Origin: Eledone cirrhosa
Taxonomy: Eukaryota
Reading direction: 5' to 3'
Assembly: GCA_964016885.1 (NCBI GenBank)
Contig: OZ024740.1
Location: forward strand, 214,954,001 to 215,018,000
DNA: 64,000 bases
Both the position numbers and the translations under genes were made by a program. Each line of letters opens with the position of its first letter. Within the stretch, counting starts at the first letter, position 1. Below, piece by piece: positions 38,421 through 51,689 of the stretch. The notes under the pieces are model-generated. The model had not been told where the DNA came from. It did not search any database and saw only the letters and a list, made by a program, of their open reading frames with translations.

Positions 38421-41400
38421 TGATGCTTTTGTTTTTCAATATAGGAATAAGACTTACAAAAATATTAGAAGTAAGTACGAGAAGTTTAAAGGAAACTAGT
38501 CATAATGATAAAAGACTTTGTAACATTTGTAATCATAGAGACATCAATTTGTTTTTCTATAGATAGGAAGGGCATCCAGCCATAGAAAGCTTGCCAAACA
38601 AGGGGTTAGGAAGACCTTTTAGTTGTGTCTAGGACATAACAACCTCCCTAGTGCTGGTGATCAACAAAATAAAAGCACCCAGTACACACTGTAAAGTGGT
38701 TGGTGTTAGGAAGGGTATCCAGCAATAGAAAGCTTGCCAAACAAGGGGTTAGAATGACCCTTCTATTTGGGTCAAAAGATACGACAACTTCTGCTCTGCA
38801 CTTGATATGACTATACATAAGTGGGATACAGACTCCTTGGCCTGTCTGGGAGGTCAGTAGCCTTGCTTCAGTCCTGACTTGGTCTATGTAGACTGACCCA
38901 ACCCTTGCTAGCAGGGAAAGTGGACATGAAATGATGATGATGGCGATGATGATAGATAGATGGATAAAGGCAATTCTGTCTAAGGCTGTTGCCACTCTTC
39001 AAGCAACACCCAGATTTAAGCTCAGCAGTGCAAATTAAAGAAGCACCCATCAATCATGTAAGGTCCTCATAAGATACATCTTTTTACAATAACTGTCATC
39101 TTCTTATGTTAGCTATTTGTAATGGGCTCACATAGAATCCACTATGTGACCGCTTGCCATGTCAGAAACAGCAGCTAAATCTCCCACAAATTAGACCTTG
39201 CCACCATATTGGAAGGACATATTGGATAATGTAGTCCAATATAGTCTATGTGTGAAAAGAAAATGGGATGGTTATGGTTGGAATTGCTTTCATTATAGAT
39301 CTGCTCCATGGACAGGCAATATCGGTAGAGCATCAGACAATATGCTTGGGTGACATATAGTTACATCCCTTTAAATTCTGAGTTGAAATCCCTCCAATGT
39401 CAGCTTTGCCTTTCATCTTTAGTGGGTTGATAAAATAAAGTACCAGTAACACACTGGGTTGATTTAATCAAATTTCCCTTCCTCCATAAAAATTGTTGGC
39501 CTTGTGCCTAAATCAGAAAGCATTATAGAAGCCCTGCTCAATCAGAACAGATCTGGAGCTTAACAACATCAAGAACATCTTTACAATTAAAGGTCCAAAG
39601 CTAGTGAGAATTAGGTGCCTTAGTAAATGTTACAGGAGAATGTCTAGAATAGATTTATATTGTAATCCATCTGATATGATACTGTCCATTTGAATAGCTC
39701 TTCACCAATACTAGCAATTTCAATAAATATGTAAATTTTAACAATAGTTATTTCTTCTACATCATTCATTGGATGACAGGGGCAGATTTTATCTTGACAC
39801 AATATACCAGCAAACTACTTGTCAAATATAAGGAAATACAGCTTTCCAACAAGGAGTTATAATCTATTTGATTTTCCTTTGCTATAGTTAAGTATAACAG
39901 GAAAACTAGATGTCAGTGGTAAGATTATAAGCTTGTGATTCTTCAAGCCAAGAAGTTGATCCTTTATTAGAACTTTTTAATAATCTTTTCTCTTCAACAA
40001 GTATTATTCAGTACATTGAAATCATATTGAGAAACATGCTGTGTAGAATGGACAGGAATTATACAACAATACTTTACCACTGTACACTTCAGTTATAGCT
40101 ACAAACTTAAGTTTCTATCTTATTACTAAGAGACAAAAATAGTGAGAGATGGGGAGAGTGAGAGAGAGACAGGCAGTAACTATACCAGCATTGTTGAAGT
40201 ATTTTGTAGGGTTAAAGGTTAAGTGATTTTACCATATGTAGATACACACAGCCATATATACATACACACAGGTAAATAGCCATATATATACATACACACA
40301 AGTAACATTCAGTTTTGTATGATAGCAGTAAATGTAGTTTTAGACATGTTATCAAAAGGGTTTTAAAAAGGTTTCATCTCTTTGTTAAATCAAATAATTG
40401 ATACATGCAATGATTTTTTAGTTAAAGAGCAACCAATAATTTTCATTAAAATATCATGTGTATAGACAAAAAGTAAAATAACTTCACAAATTCATAAATT
40501 GTAACAATGACTAATTAAGTTGAAAATTCAAACAGAAAACTAAATCAATTTTTACTAGCTGGCCCAGTGCCATCAAAAATGTAGTATTTTTATATAAAAA
40601 AGGTACAAAACCAAGTTTTTAGTTTAATAATTATTGTATTACAGACTATTTTATGAAAAAACTATCCACAACTTATTAGCCAAGATAATATCTTGGTGTG
40701 CATATGCATACATTTAAATGTATGTGTGTGTATATACATATATATAAACACACTCACATAAGTATAAATATATTTACACAAACACACATACACTCACACA
40801 ATATTAATAATAATCACATGAGTGTAATACATTTTAGAACGCTGGTTGCTGTTTTCTATAGTTTTATCACCACCCCTTCCTTCCTCAATCATCTTCCTTT
40901 CATTGAGTGACAGACAAATATATAAATATACACACATTTGCTATTATTATAGTTGATATTTCATGTCTCTTAAAAAAAAAAAAATAAATAAAAAAAAACA
41001 GGTTTTCATCAAATAGGAACAAACCAGAATATTTAGAAATATTCTCAATTTAGTGAAGGTAATAAAGGTAGAATTTTCAACCACATCAACATATTAACAA
41101 CTCTGTTTATAACTTTCAATATTCTAATTTATATGAGAAAATCCAATGCTTTAAAAGAATGTTAAATTTAACTGTCAATTCTCTGGAATTAGTCAATCCT
41201 ATTGTGGTATAATTAGTTACAGTATAAAAATAAAAGCTGTTCATGATGGAAAACCAATATTTTATGGAATATATAAACATTGAATTGGTCTTCATGAGCA
41301 AATGTAGACTGAGTTTTCAAATACATATTCAAAAATACTATTGGTTATTATTTCAAATGCAATAATTCATTTCTATGGTAATTATTAAATACTCACAAAC

Positions 41401-42239
41401 ACAGAGTTATTTTCAGTGATTTCATCTTTTCATAGATTCCGCTAAGTATGTATTGTCTTAATCTTATTAGAAAATGAGAACACCAAGGTTTATAGTAGCA
41501 GTAATAAGTGGTTAACTAGATGTCTACTAATAAAATAAATTAAAGTCTATTCTAAGCCGAAGGCTCATCCGGCTGGTGATTATCTCTGGTTTCCTTGGTG
41601 CTAAGTGACTGAGAGTACAAAACTCTCCTTGGACAGAATGCCAGTCTAGCACAGGATTAACTCCCCAGCTACTGCTGGTATTCATTCTCAGCTGAATGTA
41701 CTGGAGTAATGTGAAATAAAGTGTTTTGGTCAAGAATACAATACAGTACCGTCTCCAGGAATTGAACCAATGCCATTAGGCCATACAGCTTCACTATTAC
41801 TGAGTTAATATATCATATTACAACCAGTCTGGTAGAAGGCCACACAGCTTCACTATTACTGAGTTAATACATCATATTAGAACCAGTCTAGCAGAAGGCC
41901 ACACAGCTTTACTAAAAGCACTGTAGAGGGAGTAATGGTAGCTACATATTTATTAACTGAGAGCCAGAAGGAAGATATATAGATAGAGAAAAAACATGTA
42001 TTGTGTGGTGGATGTTGTTAGAAGTGGTCTTGAAGAGATGGAATAATGGTTGGTTGCGCTGAAGGTTGCTGTTGGGTGGGGAGAACATCATAAGATGAGA
42101 AGACAGAACATGTTTAGCAAAGTAAATTGAATCTGTCTGTTTTAGATTCACAAAACACCAGCTCAGAGATAAACTGACATATTACGTCTAACCCATGCTA
42201 GCGTGGAAAATGGACGTTAAACGATGATGATGATGATGA

Positions 42240-42445
42240 TTACATCATATATTACAGCCCAGATATACTGTAATATTACATCACATATCACATCAGAGAT
42301 TAACTCAAATATTACATCACATCAGAGATTAACTGTAATATTACATCACATCATAGATTAACTGTAATATTACATCACATCAGAGATTAACTCAAATATT
42401 ACATCACATTAGAGATTAACTCAAATATTACATCACATATTATAT
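42240..42445. repeat. Minisatellite, ~29-bp unit (atattacatcacatcagagattaactcaa), ~6 copies
   Basis: Directly visible. Confidence 0.9.
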
Positions 42446-42874
42446 CATTGTTTGAAATGAAATCCATTAGTTTCTTATTTTTTAGAAGATTTAAAACACA
42501 GAGCAATTAGATTAAATATTTCAAAATCACAAACATTGTGAACAGAATTAGAAGAGATAAGAAGATATGAGGATTGACAAAGTTAGCGACCAATCCTTAC
42601 CATGATAAGATGTTAATAAATGATAGTTATACAATTAAACTAAATAGATATTTACTTCTGTGATTTCTTAGTTTTTATACTGAATTAAACTCTTGTCACA
42701 TATGTGAGTGTGTGTGTGTATGTATGTTTGTGTGTGAGTGTGTGAACATGTTTGTGTGTATGTTTGTATCTGTGTGTACATGTGTGCATGAGTATACATG
42801 CATACATGTGTGTGTGCCTGTGTGTACATGTGCATATGTGTGTGTGTATGTGTGTGTGCATGTCTATACATACA

Positions 42875-42910
<36 letters not shown>

Positions 42911-44152
42911 TATGCATATGCACACAAGTGAATGAAACAAAAATAAAAAGATAGACTTTTATAATTTAATTTATTTGGACTCTGAAATTTTTACTCTGAA
43001 TACATACATAGACATACATGTATGTATCATCATCATCATCATCGTTTAATGTCCATGTCTCACTTAAGGCAAGATTGGTCGGGTGACCGTGTCTTGTTCG
43101 TATAGAACTGTTTCTAGCTGACTTTCTATGGCTGGATGCCCTTCCTAACACCAAACACATTTACAGTGTGGACTGGGTGCTTTTTGTCATGACACCTACA
43201 CAACCACTTTACAGTGTGGACTGGGTGTTCTGTGGTACCAACATAACTTTACAGAGAAAGTGGGCAGAAGTGGAAGGATGGAGTAGGGGTGTATGGATTG
43301 GGGTATATATTGGGTTAAGAGGTACCTACTGACTGTAGGTTTAAGTTCATCATCATTGTTTAATGTTCATTTTCCACACTGTCAGTGTATCATGGACTCT
43401 GATGATGATGAATCAATGTGACACAGTATGTGTACATGGCTGGTGCTTTGAATTACAGGTACAACTCATTTATTTTTTCCAACTAAGTAGACTGGAGTAA
43501 CATGAAATTAAGTGCCTTGCTCAAGGAGACAATGAGTTGGTGACCTTACTATTGTGAACCAAATACCCTACCTAACCACTTAACCACATACCTTTATAAC
43601 TATACAGTTACAAGTAATATAAATTAACTAACTATACCACTCCCAGCAAAAATATTAGCTTTGAGTTTAAGCAAAAGAAATCAGTGTTGAAAAATGCCAT
43701 AAACATAATTTGGAAAACAGTAAATGTTTACAAGGTTATTGCTTTTCAAGAGGAAAGTAATGTTAAAACGTTTCTAAAGATTTTAAGTTTTGTCAGGTTT
43801 TATTGATTTCTTCAATATAACCGGAAAAAAAACAACAAAAAACCCCAGACATTTTTAATCTGTTGTACATTATATGTTTGTGCAGAATTTCTGTGGAAAT
43901 TCACATAACAAAAGACACTTAAATCTCGATTAGCCAGACCAGCTGGTGGTAAATAGTTACCACTAGGCACTACATTTTACAACAGTAAATACAGTAGTTC
44001 CCCTACAACTCAATATCTTATAATACTCCCACATATAATCATCACATATTGTAAATGTTGCCACAGGCAAATAAATAAGTTAGTCTTATTCTATGTTTTT
44101 CTTCTTGTTTTGTAAATACTTAACATTTTTCTACATTGTTTATTAATCAATA

Positions 44153-44346
44153 CGAGGGTTGGCTGAAAAGTTAATAGGCTGACCAAGATACTCTCATGGA
44201 ATGTCCAAATGAGGTTTATTTTTCAACATAGTCCCTGGAAAGAGACAATGTAGTTATTAATTAGAAGAGTTGAAATTAATGCATGCAAGATTTCACAGCT
44301 CTAGCATCCTTCACAGTCAGCCTATGAAATATTCAGCCAACCCTTG
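44153..44346. mobile_element. Mariner-type MITE with ~31-bp TIRs and TA target-site duplication
   Basis: ta|cgagggttggctgaaaagttaataggctgac ... gtcagcctatgaaatattcagccaacccttg|ta. Confidence 0.9.
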
Positions 44347-44398
44347 TATTAATAAAATATGCTAGCTTGTATTAATTGTTGTCTTTATTATATTTCAG

Positions 44399-45630
44399 AC
44401 ACCAAGTATTTAATCATGCCTACTCTAAAGGATGAACTGTTGTTCTCAAAGAACAGCAGTTATATAATAGGCATGGAAGAAACCATTGTACAGACAATGT
44501 ACAAGTATTTAAATCCTATATTCCTGCTGTGTGGTACCATTGGAAATATTATGTCAGTAGTAATGATGCATAAAATGAGTGCTCGAGTCTGGTCTAGCTG
44601 TATTTATCTCAGTGTTTTGGCTATAGTTGATCTACTTATTCTCTACCTTGACTGTGGAAACAAGTGGTATAAACAGCTTACTAACATTGATCTCAACATA
44701 GCTATTATGACTAGCACCGACGCCATGTGCCAGGTTTATCTACTTTTCTACAATTTTATTTTCCATTTTTCTGCCTGGCTTGTGGTCGCTATCACAGGAG
44801 AATGTTTAATCTCAATAAAGTCGCCAGTTTTTAAATATAAATCATGCACAAGAGAACACGCACGTGCTATCATTTTATTTATAACAGTCATGCTCATCGG
44901 GATTAATATTCATTATTTCTGGACCCATGCACTTGTTAGTAAACAAGGCATCAGCACCTTACAGAAACGAGTATGCATTAACATGGATGAACTTTCTGAT
45001 GTCTTCAAAGACCAAATATGGCATTATCTTGATATCTTCATAAAAGATGTTATTCCTCTCTTGATAATATGTCTGCTAGTGACCATGATTGCCATGATCC
45101 TACATGCAAACATAAGTAGTGCAAAAGGTATGGAACCAGTGTTAAAGAAATACTACATGGATATTGAATCTTTTCATGAAATGTGCTACATTGTTATAGT
45201 CATAGCTATAATTTACATTGTGTGTACACTTCCTAAAGTAGGCCTGACAGTAATTCATCATTGTGTTGTTTACGGACTCCTGCCATATACACAAAATCTT
45301 GGTGCTAAACTTAAACTAGCTGATGCAATATGTCAAATGTTCCAGTATGGATACCACAGTTTAAAACTATTCATTTATATCTATTTCTGTAAACGTATCA
45401 ATATCTGGACAAAGAAATCCACAAAAGTTTTCCTCACTCAAACATGCAGTGGTAACAAGGTCTCTAGAAGCAGTACATTTTATTCTCAACAAACTACGGA
45501 GAGACCTCTCAGTGAACAACACTACTTTCAAGAAAGTAAGCCCATTCAAGTTCCTGATTCAAGTTTTTTTAAAGAAAAACAAAAGGTCACTTTCTCAAAA
45601 ACAAGAGTATTTACACAGACACAGGTTTGA
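44399..45630 (+). CDS. Class A (rhodopsin-like) 7TM GPCR, main coding exon; FMRFamide-receptor-like/orphan lophotrochozoan type
   Basis: Open 423-codon frame; TM1 CGTIGNIMS, TM2 YLSVLAIVDL, Cys at top of TM3 then SAWLVVAITGECLISIKSP, TM6 CTLP, TM7 HSLKLFIY. Acceptor tatttcAG at 44397-44398; in-frame ATG at 44416. The track start at 44359 is probably intronic. Confidence 0.92.
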
Positions 45631-45766
45631 ATTCATATTTACACACACACTCTAAAACACATATATATACACATACATACACACACAGACACACATACAT
45701 AAATATAAAGATAGAATTTGTAAACATTAAATTTCTATTATAAATGTTAAATGTTTAATGAAACTC

Positions 45767-45772
45767 AATAAA
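45767..45772 (+). terminator. Candidate polyadenylation signal of the GPCR
   Basis: AATAAA ~135 nt after the stop codon, followed by T/GT-rich sequence. Confidence 0.5.
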
Positions 45773-47029
45773 TATTTTCTTTCATGTTATATATTCTGTT
45801 TTGTCTATTTGGTCATAAAACTTGTACACAAGATTTTCAGCTCTTATTTCCACAAAATATAACATTTTGTATTTGTACTAAATGAGAATATCAGAAGAAA
45901 ATAATGAGAAAGGGCAAAATAAGCATTACCTAGAACCAAATATAACACAGCTTTTCGTTTACTTTTTATTTCTCATTATCTCATAGAAACAATTATCTCA
46001 TATAAGTCTTGAAGGTGGTGGATTGGCAGTAATCGGTAGAGCATCAGACAACATGCTTTGTGGCATAGAATTACATCCTATACATCCTGAGTTCAAATTC
46101 TGCCATGGTTAGCTTTACATTTCATCCTTACAGGGTCAATAAAATAAAATACCAGTAATGCACTAAGGTCAATTTAATCAACTTTCTTATCCTCCCAAAA
46201 CTGTTGCCCTTGTGTCTGAATCTCATATCATCATCATCATCATCACTGTTTTACGTCCGTTCTTCCACGCTACCATGGGTTAGATGGTATGTCTAACAAT
46301 GCTACTAATATATTCTCATTTAAATTTATGCAAATAATATCTCTGAATAATTTTAGTCCATTAAGGAAAAAAAGTATTTTTCAATAAAACCCAGACTTAC
46401 TACGAAGCTAAGTATTGTAGAGTAAGAGATGTTAATTAGTTGAATCTAGATTCAGTCATCAACAGTTGAAGCCAATTCACTTCATTTATGATTGAACTTC
46501 CATTGGTTCACATAATGAGTGTTCCAGTTCCCTGAACAATAAAACAGTCAACTCATAAAATTGATGCGTAAGTTTAAAATACATGCAAAGCATGAACACT
46601 CAAACTCAAATTAAACTAAATGAAAATTGTATTAGTGAAGACTAACAAAATGTTTACTTGTAGCATTTTGTAAAACAGTTGAAAGTGGAAAATGTCTTCA
46701 TTATGTGAACAAAAACTTCTTAAAACATGACACTATGATATACAATTGTTTCTAATATAGGCACAAGGCCATCTTATGGGAAGGGTTTAGTCAATTAAAT
46801 TAACACTGATACTTGACTAGCACTTTATTTTGTCAACTTTGTCAAACATGAAAAGCAAATTGGATCATGACAGGATTTGAACTCAGAAGGTAACAAGCTG
46901 TAATAAAATACCAAAAGGTATTTTGTCCAATACTCCAATAGTTCTACCAATCTACTGCTGTCATTATAATCAACTATTATAATAGAAAATGTGTGTATCT
47001 TTACTTATTTATATATTTGTCTGTCACTC

Positions 47030-47235
47030 ACTCAGAGTGGACTGCGTGCTTTTTGTCATGACACCTACATGACTACTTTACAGTGTGGAGTGAGTGCTTT
47101 TTTTCAAGACACCTACATAACCACTTTACAGTGTGGACTGAGTGCTTTTTGTCATGACACCTACACGACCACTTGACAGTAAGGACTGGGTCTTTTTTGT
47201 CGTGACACCTACATGACCACTTTAAAGTGTGGGCT
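47030..47235 (-). repeat. Tandem 48-bp subunits of a retroposon tail; related arrays at ~9590-9700, 43160-43250, 53470-53720
   Basis: cactgtaaagtggtcatgtaggtgtcatgacaaaaagcacccag repeated, on either strand. Confidence 0.85.
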
Positions 47236-47782
47236 AGAGGCTTCACTGGATGTATACTTCAGCTTGTCTTCCAATGTATTTCAAAATCTATTGTAACACA
47301 TAAGCAATGTATTAAGTCATAACAAAAGTATTTATATAAACTTTATAAAAAGAAAATGGAAAATAATAAAGATAGCTAGGAACAATTTTTCACAGAGTCA
47401 TTTAATCTAGAAAACGTGAATTAGGCTTAAAGCTATATATTTATACAGATAATGATGTGGTGTTACTAACAAAGTGTGGTGTTGGTGAAAATCTTTAGGA
47501 CAACTAAAAAAAGAAAAAGATGAGATGAGAAAATATTCCACCATCAATGTAATCTAAATTTTATTTTTAATTGGAAATTGAAGTTTCTTATCAGTTCTCA
47601 CTAAAAATAGCATTCTAACAATACTCTATAGAAACAGACCAATGCTGGAGTTTAGGGCAAATTTTAATAGGTTTCAATACTTCAATGTGTAATAGCATGG
47701 AAATCTCAAGTACCATCACACACAGAATAATTAAGAATGGAATATAGAATAGAATGAAATAAAGATTTGACTCTTGTCTCTA

Positions 47783-48185
47783 GGTGTGTGTGTGAGTGTG
47801 TGAGAGAGTGTGTATGTGTATGGGAGAGTGAGTATGTGTGTGTATGGGTGAATGTGTATATGTGTGTGTGCATGTGCATGTGTGTGAATGTGTGTGTGAG
47901 AGTGTGTGTGTGTGTGTGAGAGAGATAGACAGTGTATGGGTGCGTATGTGAATATATGTATATGTGTGTATATGTGAGTGTGTGATATGCGTGTGAGAGA
48001 GTGTGTGTATATATGTGAATGTGTCAGTGTGTGTGTATGTGTGAGTGTGTATGAGTATGTGTGTGTGAGTATGAGTATGTATGTGTGTACGTGTGTGTGT
48101 CTGTATGTGTATGTGTGTGTGAGAGTGTGTATGAGTGTGTGTGTGTGTCTGTGTATGTGAGTGTGTATGTGTGTGTGTGTGTACA
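47783..48185. repeat. Degenerate (TG)n block
   Basis: Directly visible. Confidence 0.95.
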
Positions 48186-50419
48186 CTAGTGTAGAAAAGA
48201 TTTCTAACAACACTCCATGGATTGAAGGACAATGAGAAATGTGTAGAAAATAATTGTCAGGCAAGTGTTGTGGAAGTAACAAGCAGAAAAGAGAACATTA
48301 ATTTGGAAGAATCAATAGTAAAACAACAACAAAGACCAAGAACAGTAAAATAAAGAACACTAAAATGAATACCAACATATCATCTCACTGTAATAACTTC
48401 AGAAAACAAATTAACTTTGTAAAAACCCAAGCAATCATGCTATTTTAATTTTGAAAATAAATAAATACATTTAACAACAAATAAAATAATTACTGAGAGC
48501 TATTTTCTCTTTTTTTTTCTAATATTTAATGGTCTAGTGAGTAGCATGGCGCTGCACCCATGACCTTTGTAAGGTTTCCAAGACTGGTGAAGTTGATGTG
48601 ATTGATGTTCTTAACGAAACATTTCTAAGTCAATATATACATGAGAGGGAAGGGAATTGCAGAGTGTTAACACTGCTGGAGGGGGGGAGGGTATTGGAAA
48701 CTGTAGTTCATCCTGTGGTCTCAACCATAGGATACTCAACGATAGATAGATCGGTGTGTGAGTGTGTCTGTGTATGTGAGGGTGAGTGAGTGTGTGTTGG
48801 GGAGGGTGAGTGAAGGTGTGTGTTGGGGTGTGTGTGTGTGGGGGGGGGGGGGGGGGTGTAGGTTAGTCACCCATTACATTACCTAAATCCCAAACATCAA
48901 TACCAGAGACCCTGGCTATAACATCTGGACAGCAGAGCTCACAACTTTGGCTGTTGACAGATGTTGGTTTTCAAAGCACCAAAGGAGATACAACTTCATT
49001 TGAGGTGTAATGACAATGCGCTACAAGTCTCCCCCCTCCTCCTCTTTCATACAATATCAGGAATACAAGGGAGACCGTCCTATATATAAGTGATGCTAAC
49101 ATACCGTGGTTCATAATATCATGAACATCACTATGTAAGTGCCACTTCTAATTAACTCTAACCTGTCAAGTTCATTTTATATGCAAACTACTATATCCAG
49201 TCAATGTTTCATTTGTAACATATGCATATGACCATCACCAGCAGATGTTTCATATGTAAAAACTATATAGGCTTTAGCCTATTCTTGCTTCGGCATCAAA
49301 TAAGTAAATGTTGCTGATAACAGATAAAAATCCAGAGACATCTGCCTGGCATTCTCACCACTACTGAGATAGCTGTGACATGATCTTAGCTTTAAAAGAA
49401 ATCAAACTGTATGTTTAATTTATAAATGAATATATCATATATGCTTTCATATAGAGCTCTGTTATTTCTCTAATAGTGTGATGTTACCTCCAATTTATGT
49501 TTTAAACCCAACAAAGCATACATCTATATGCTCCATCGAGGCACTCTTAGTGATTAGTGGAAAGGGAAACAGAATAGGCTTTGAGAACAGGAGATAGGTG
49601 TGCTAGGTAGTCATGTGTGAAGGTAGTCCTATGAGGAGGTAGTCATGTGTTGGGTAGTCATGTGTGGAGGTGGTTTGAAATTACCCAGATTTAAGTTGGA
49701 GAAGTGATTGTAGTGGTGAACGAAAAGGTCAAGTGAGCAGACAGCCCATTTATGGTCTAATGGTTAGACTGTATACAGTAAGTGGTTCCTTACCAATTGT
49801 GATATAGTTATCTTTTCAATACAATCTAGAATGTTTATATGTAGTATCAATGTTGTCCTGAAGGTGGGAGCAGTCAATTTTTTTCTGGGTTTCACTTGTT
49901 AGAAATAGGACAAATTATGACCCCCCCAAATTCAATGAACTAAATATAGTTGATATATATTTTTATATTTACTATAGTATTGAGAATCATGCTGTTTAAC
50001 TTGTTAGCTGTTAAATCTTGACTTTAAAAAATCATTAGCTTTTGATTTCAAATGTTCAAATTAATTTGTGCAGAAAATGGATGAAGTTTTTTTTTTTGGG
50101 GGGGGGGGGGGGGTTAATAAAATTATATTTTTAAATTTGCATTAAAATATTGCTTCCTATATTTATGGAATGTAAAATATGTTATTTGTGACAACTTTAA
50201 CGGCATAAAGACTTCATAATTGACATATTAAAATTATAAACTGCAACAATTTAAAACTAGAATAATTTGGTATTATTATATTACATTATATATTCAGAGT
50301 GGATTACAACACCAGAACAAAATGGTTTTTTCTTTAACTGATATTATAATGAAAATTCTGTTCAAATCACATTTTTGCCTTCTAGCATATGGAAGAACAT
50401 TTTTATAGTGTTTTTTTTT

Positions 50420-51200
50420 TATAGCAAAACTCCAACTGCAAGCATCCATTGTCATTGTAGTTATCAACACCATGTCTCTCAAGCACTCCCACCCAATATA
50501 CAGATCTTGACCCACTCTGTTGTTGAAATTGCCATGGGTGCCCTATAAGAGACTGTGCAGATTAGAGTAAAACTTGCTCTTTTCTGCAGGATCTGTTTGA
50601 AGAGTTGAGGAGTACAAACTGAAGAGTTTGGCATATTGTTGATTACTCAGTGAGAGGTGCATAGCGATGATGTTGTCAGAATGACCTGTTGGCAGGTTTT
50701 CAATCTTGGAAGTGATAGAGTTCCTGACTATGAAACCCACTCCTGAAAGGCATCTCTCAGCTGCTGACTGGTCTGAGGGGGTATCCAACGCCATTCTTTT
50801 GTAGGCTACCTTCTTCCAGAAAGCGGACTTCACTTAGAACAGTGATGTCAACATTCTGTCTTGATGGTTTGTGTGTAATTAGAACAGATCAACATACTGG
50901 ACAACTGTTGACAACTGTGTCTAGCATAGTACTGATATTCTAGCACATGATTATCAGTCGATTCACACCTTTGCAGGTGGGTGTGTACCTTTTCTTCCTT
51001 GATGTTGTTTGGCCACATGAGAAGATTCCCTATTGACCACGGTTTGCCAACTGGGGATGTAGGAGGCAAGCTTTGTTTAGGCCACCTTTTCTAGGCCCCT
51101 CTCTATGTGAAGCAAGCATTCAGGGTGTCAGGGTGTGCGGAATGATGTTGTCATCCCTGGGTCAACATCAGATGACCAGACCCCTGAACCACCAGCATGC
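50420..51200 (-). mobile_element. RTE/Bov-B-like LINE 5' part with AP-endonuclease remnant
   Basis: GVGFIVRNSITSKIENLPTGHSDNIIAMHLSLSNQQYAKLFSLYSSTL...KFYSNL, followed by a degenerate GDFN/DNG region. Confidence 0.85.
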
Positions 51201-51210
51201 AGGATTTCTT

Positions 51211-51246
51211 TCTTCTGATGAAGGACTAGCGTCCGAAACGTGAAGA
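51211..51246 (+). ncRNA. Minimal type I hammerhead ribozyme motif (Penelope-type); cleavage triplet is GUG, so probably inactive
   Basis: tctt-CTGATGA-a-ggac-tagc-gtcc-GAAAC-GT-g-aaga: stem I tctt/aaga, stem II ggac/gtcc, palindromic ACGT in place of stem III. Confidence 0.7.
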
Positions 51247-51689
51247 CTCTCTTCCTGCTATTTCAAGCATTAAACTAATATATTCCTTCCATATACTGTA
51301 CCAATTGTGTTGTTATTTCTGTTTACCTTTTATATACATATACACACACATATATATATATATATGTGAGAGTGTGTGGGTGTATGAATATATATATACA
51401 TAGAGAGAGAGAGAGATAGAGAGAGAGAGCGAGAGAGAGTAAGAGAGAGAGAATACAAAAATCTTGAAAATAATGATTTCAAGCGAACCTTTTACAAATA
51501 AATATAACATTTTAGTTTTTAGTACATAAATGAAAGAATTTTACAGTTGATTAATCTTTATGTAATGTCCTTTAGTTCATTTGACTCCCATCTGTTGACC
51601 AAAGAAAGGCTACAGGTTTCTGACATATTCTAGATCAACATGTTATAAACTACTTATGTTTTCTTTGACATTTACTACTGATAAATAGA

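Noticed and set aside
44359-44398. ORF-track start codon of the GPCR
   Set aside because: It lies in a T-rich tract ending in a good acceptor and next to a MITE, so it is probably intronic.
45361-45384. TM7 lysine suggesting an opsin
   Set aside because: The Lys occupies the Asn position of NPxxY, not the retinal-binding position six residues earlier.
46400-46532. Minus-strand exon-like segment with acceptor and donor
   Set aside because: Stops in all three frames and no homology; it cannot be supported without RNA data.
47465-47504. Minus-strand acceptor giving in-phase F-V-L as the next RELCH exon
   Set aside because: A stop follows after ~12 codons and there is no similarity to the expected sequence.
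47731-48282. His/Thr-rich 150-183 aa ORFs
   Set aside because: Translation of a degenerate (CA)n tract.
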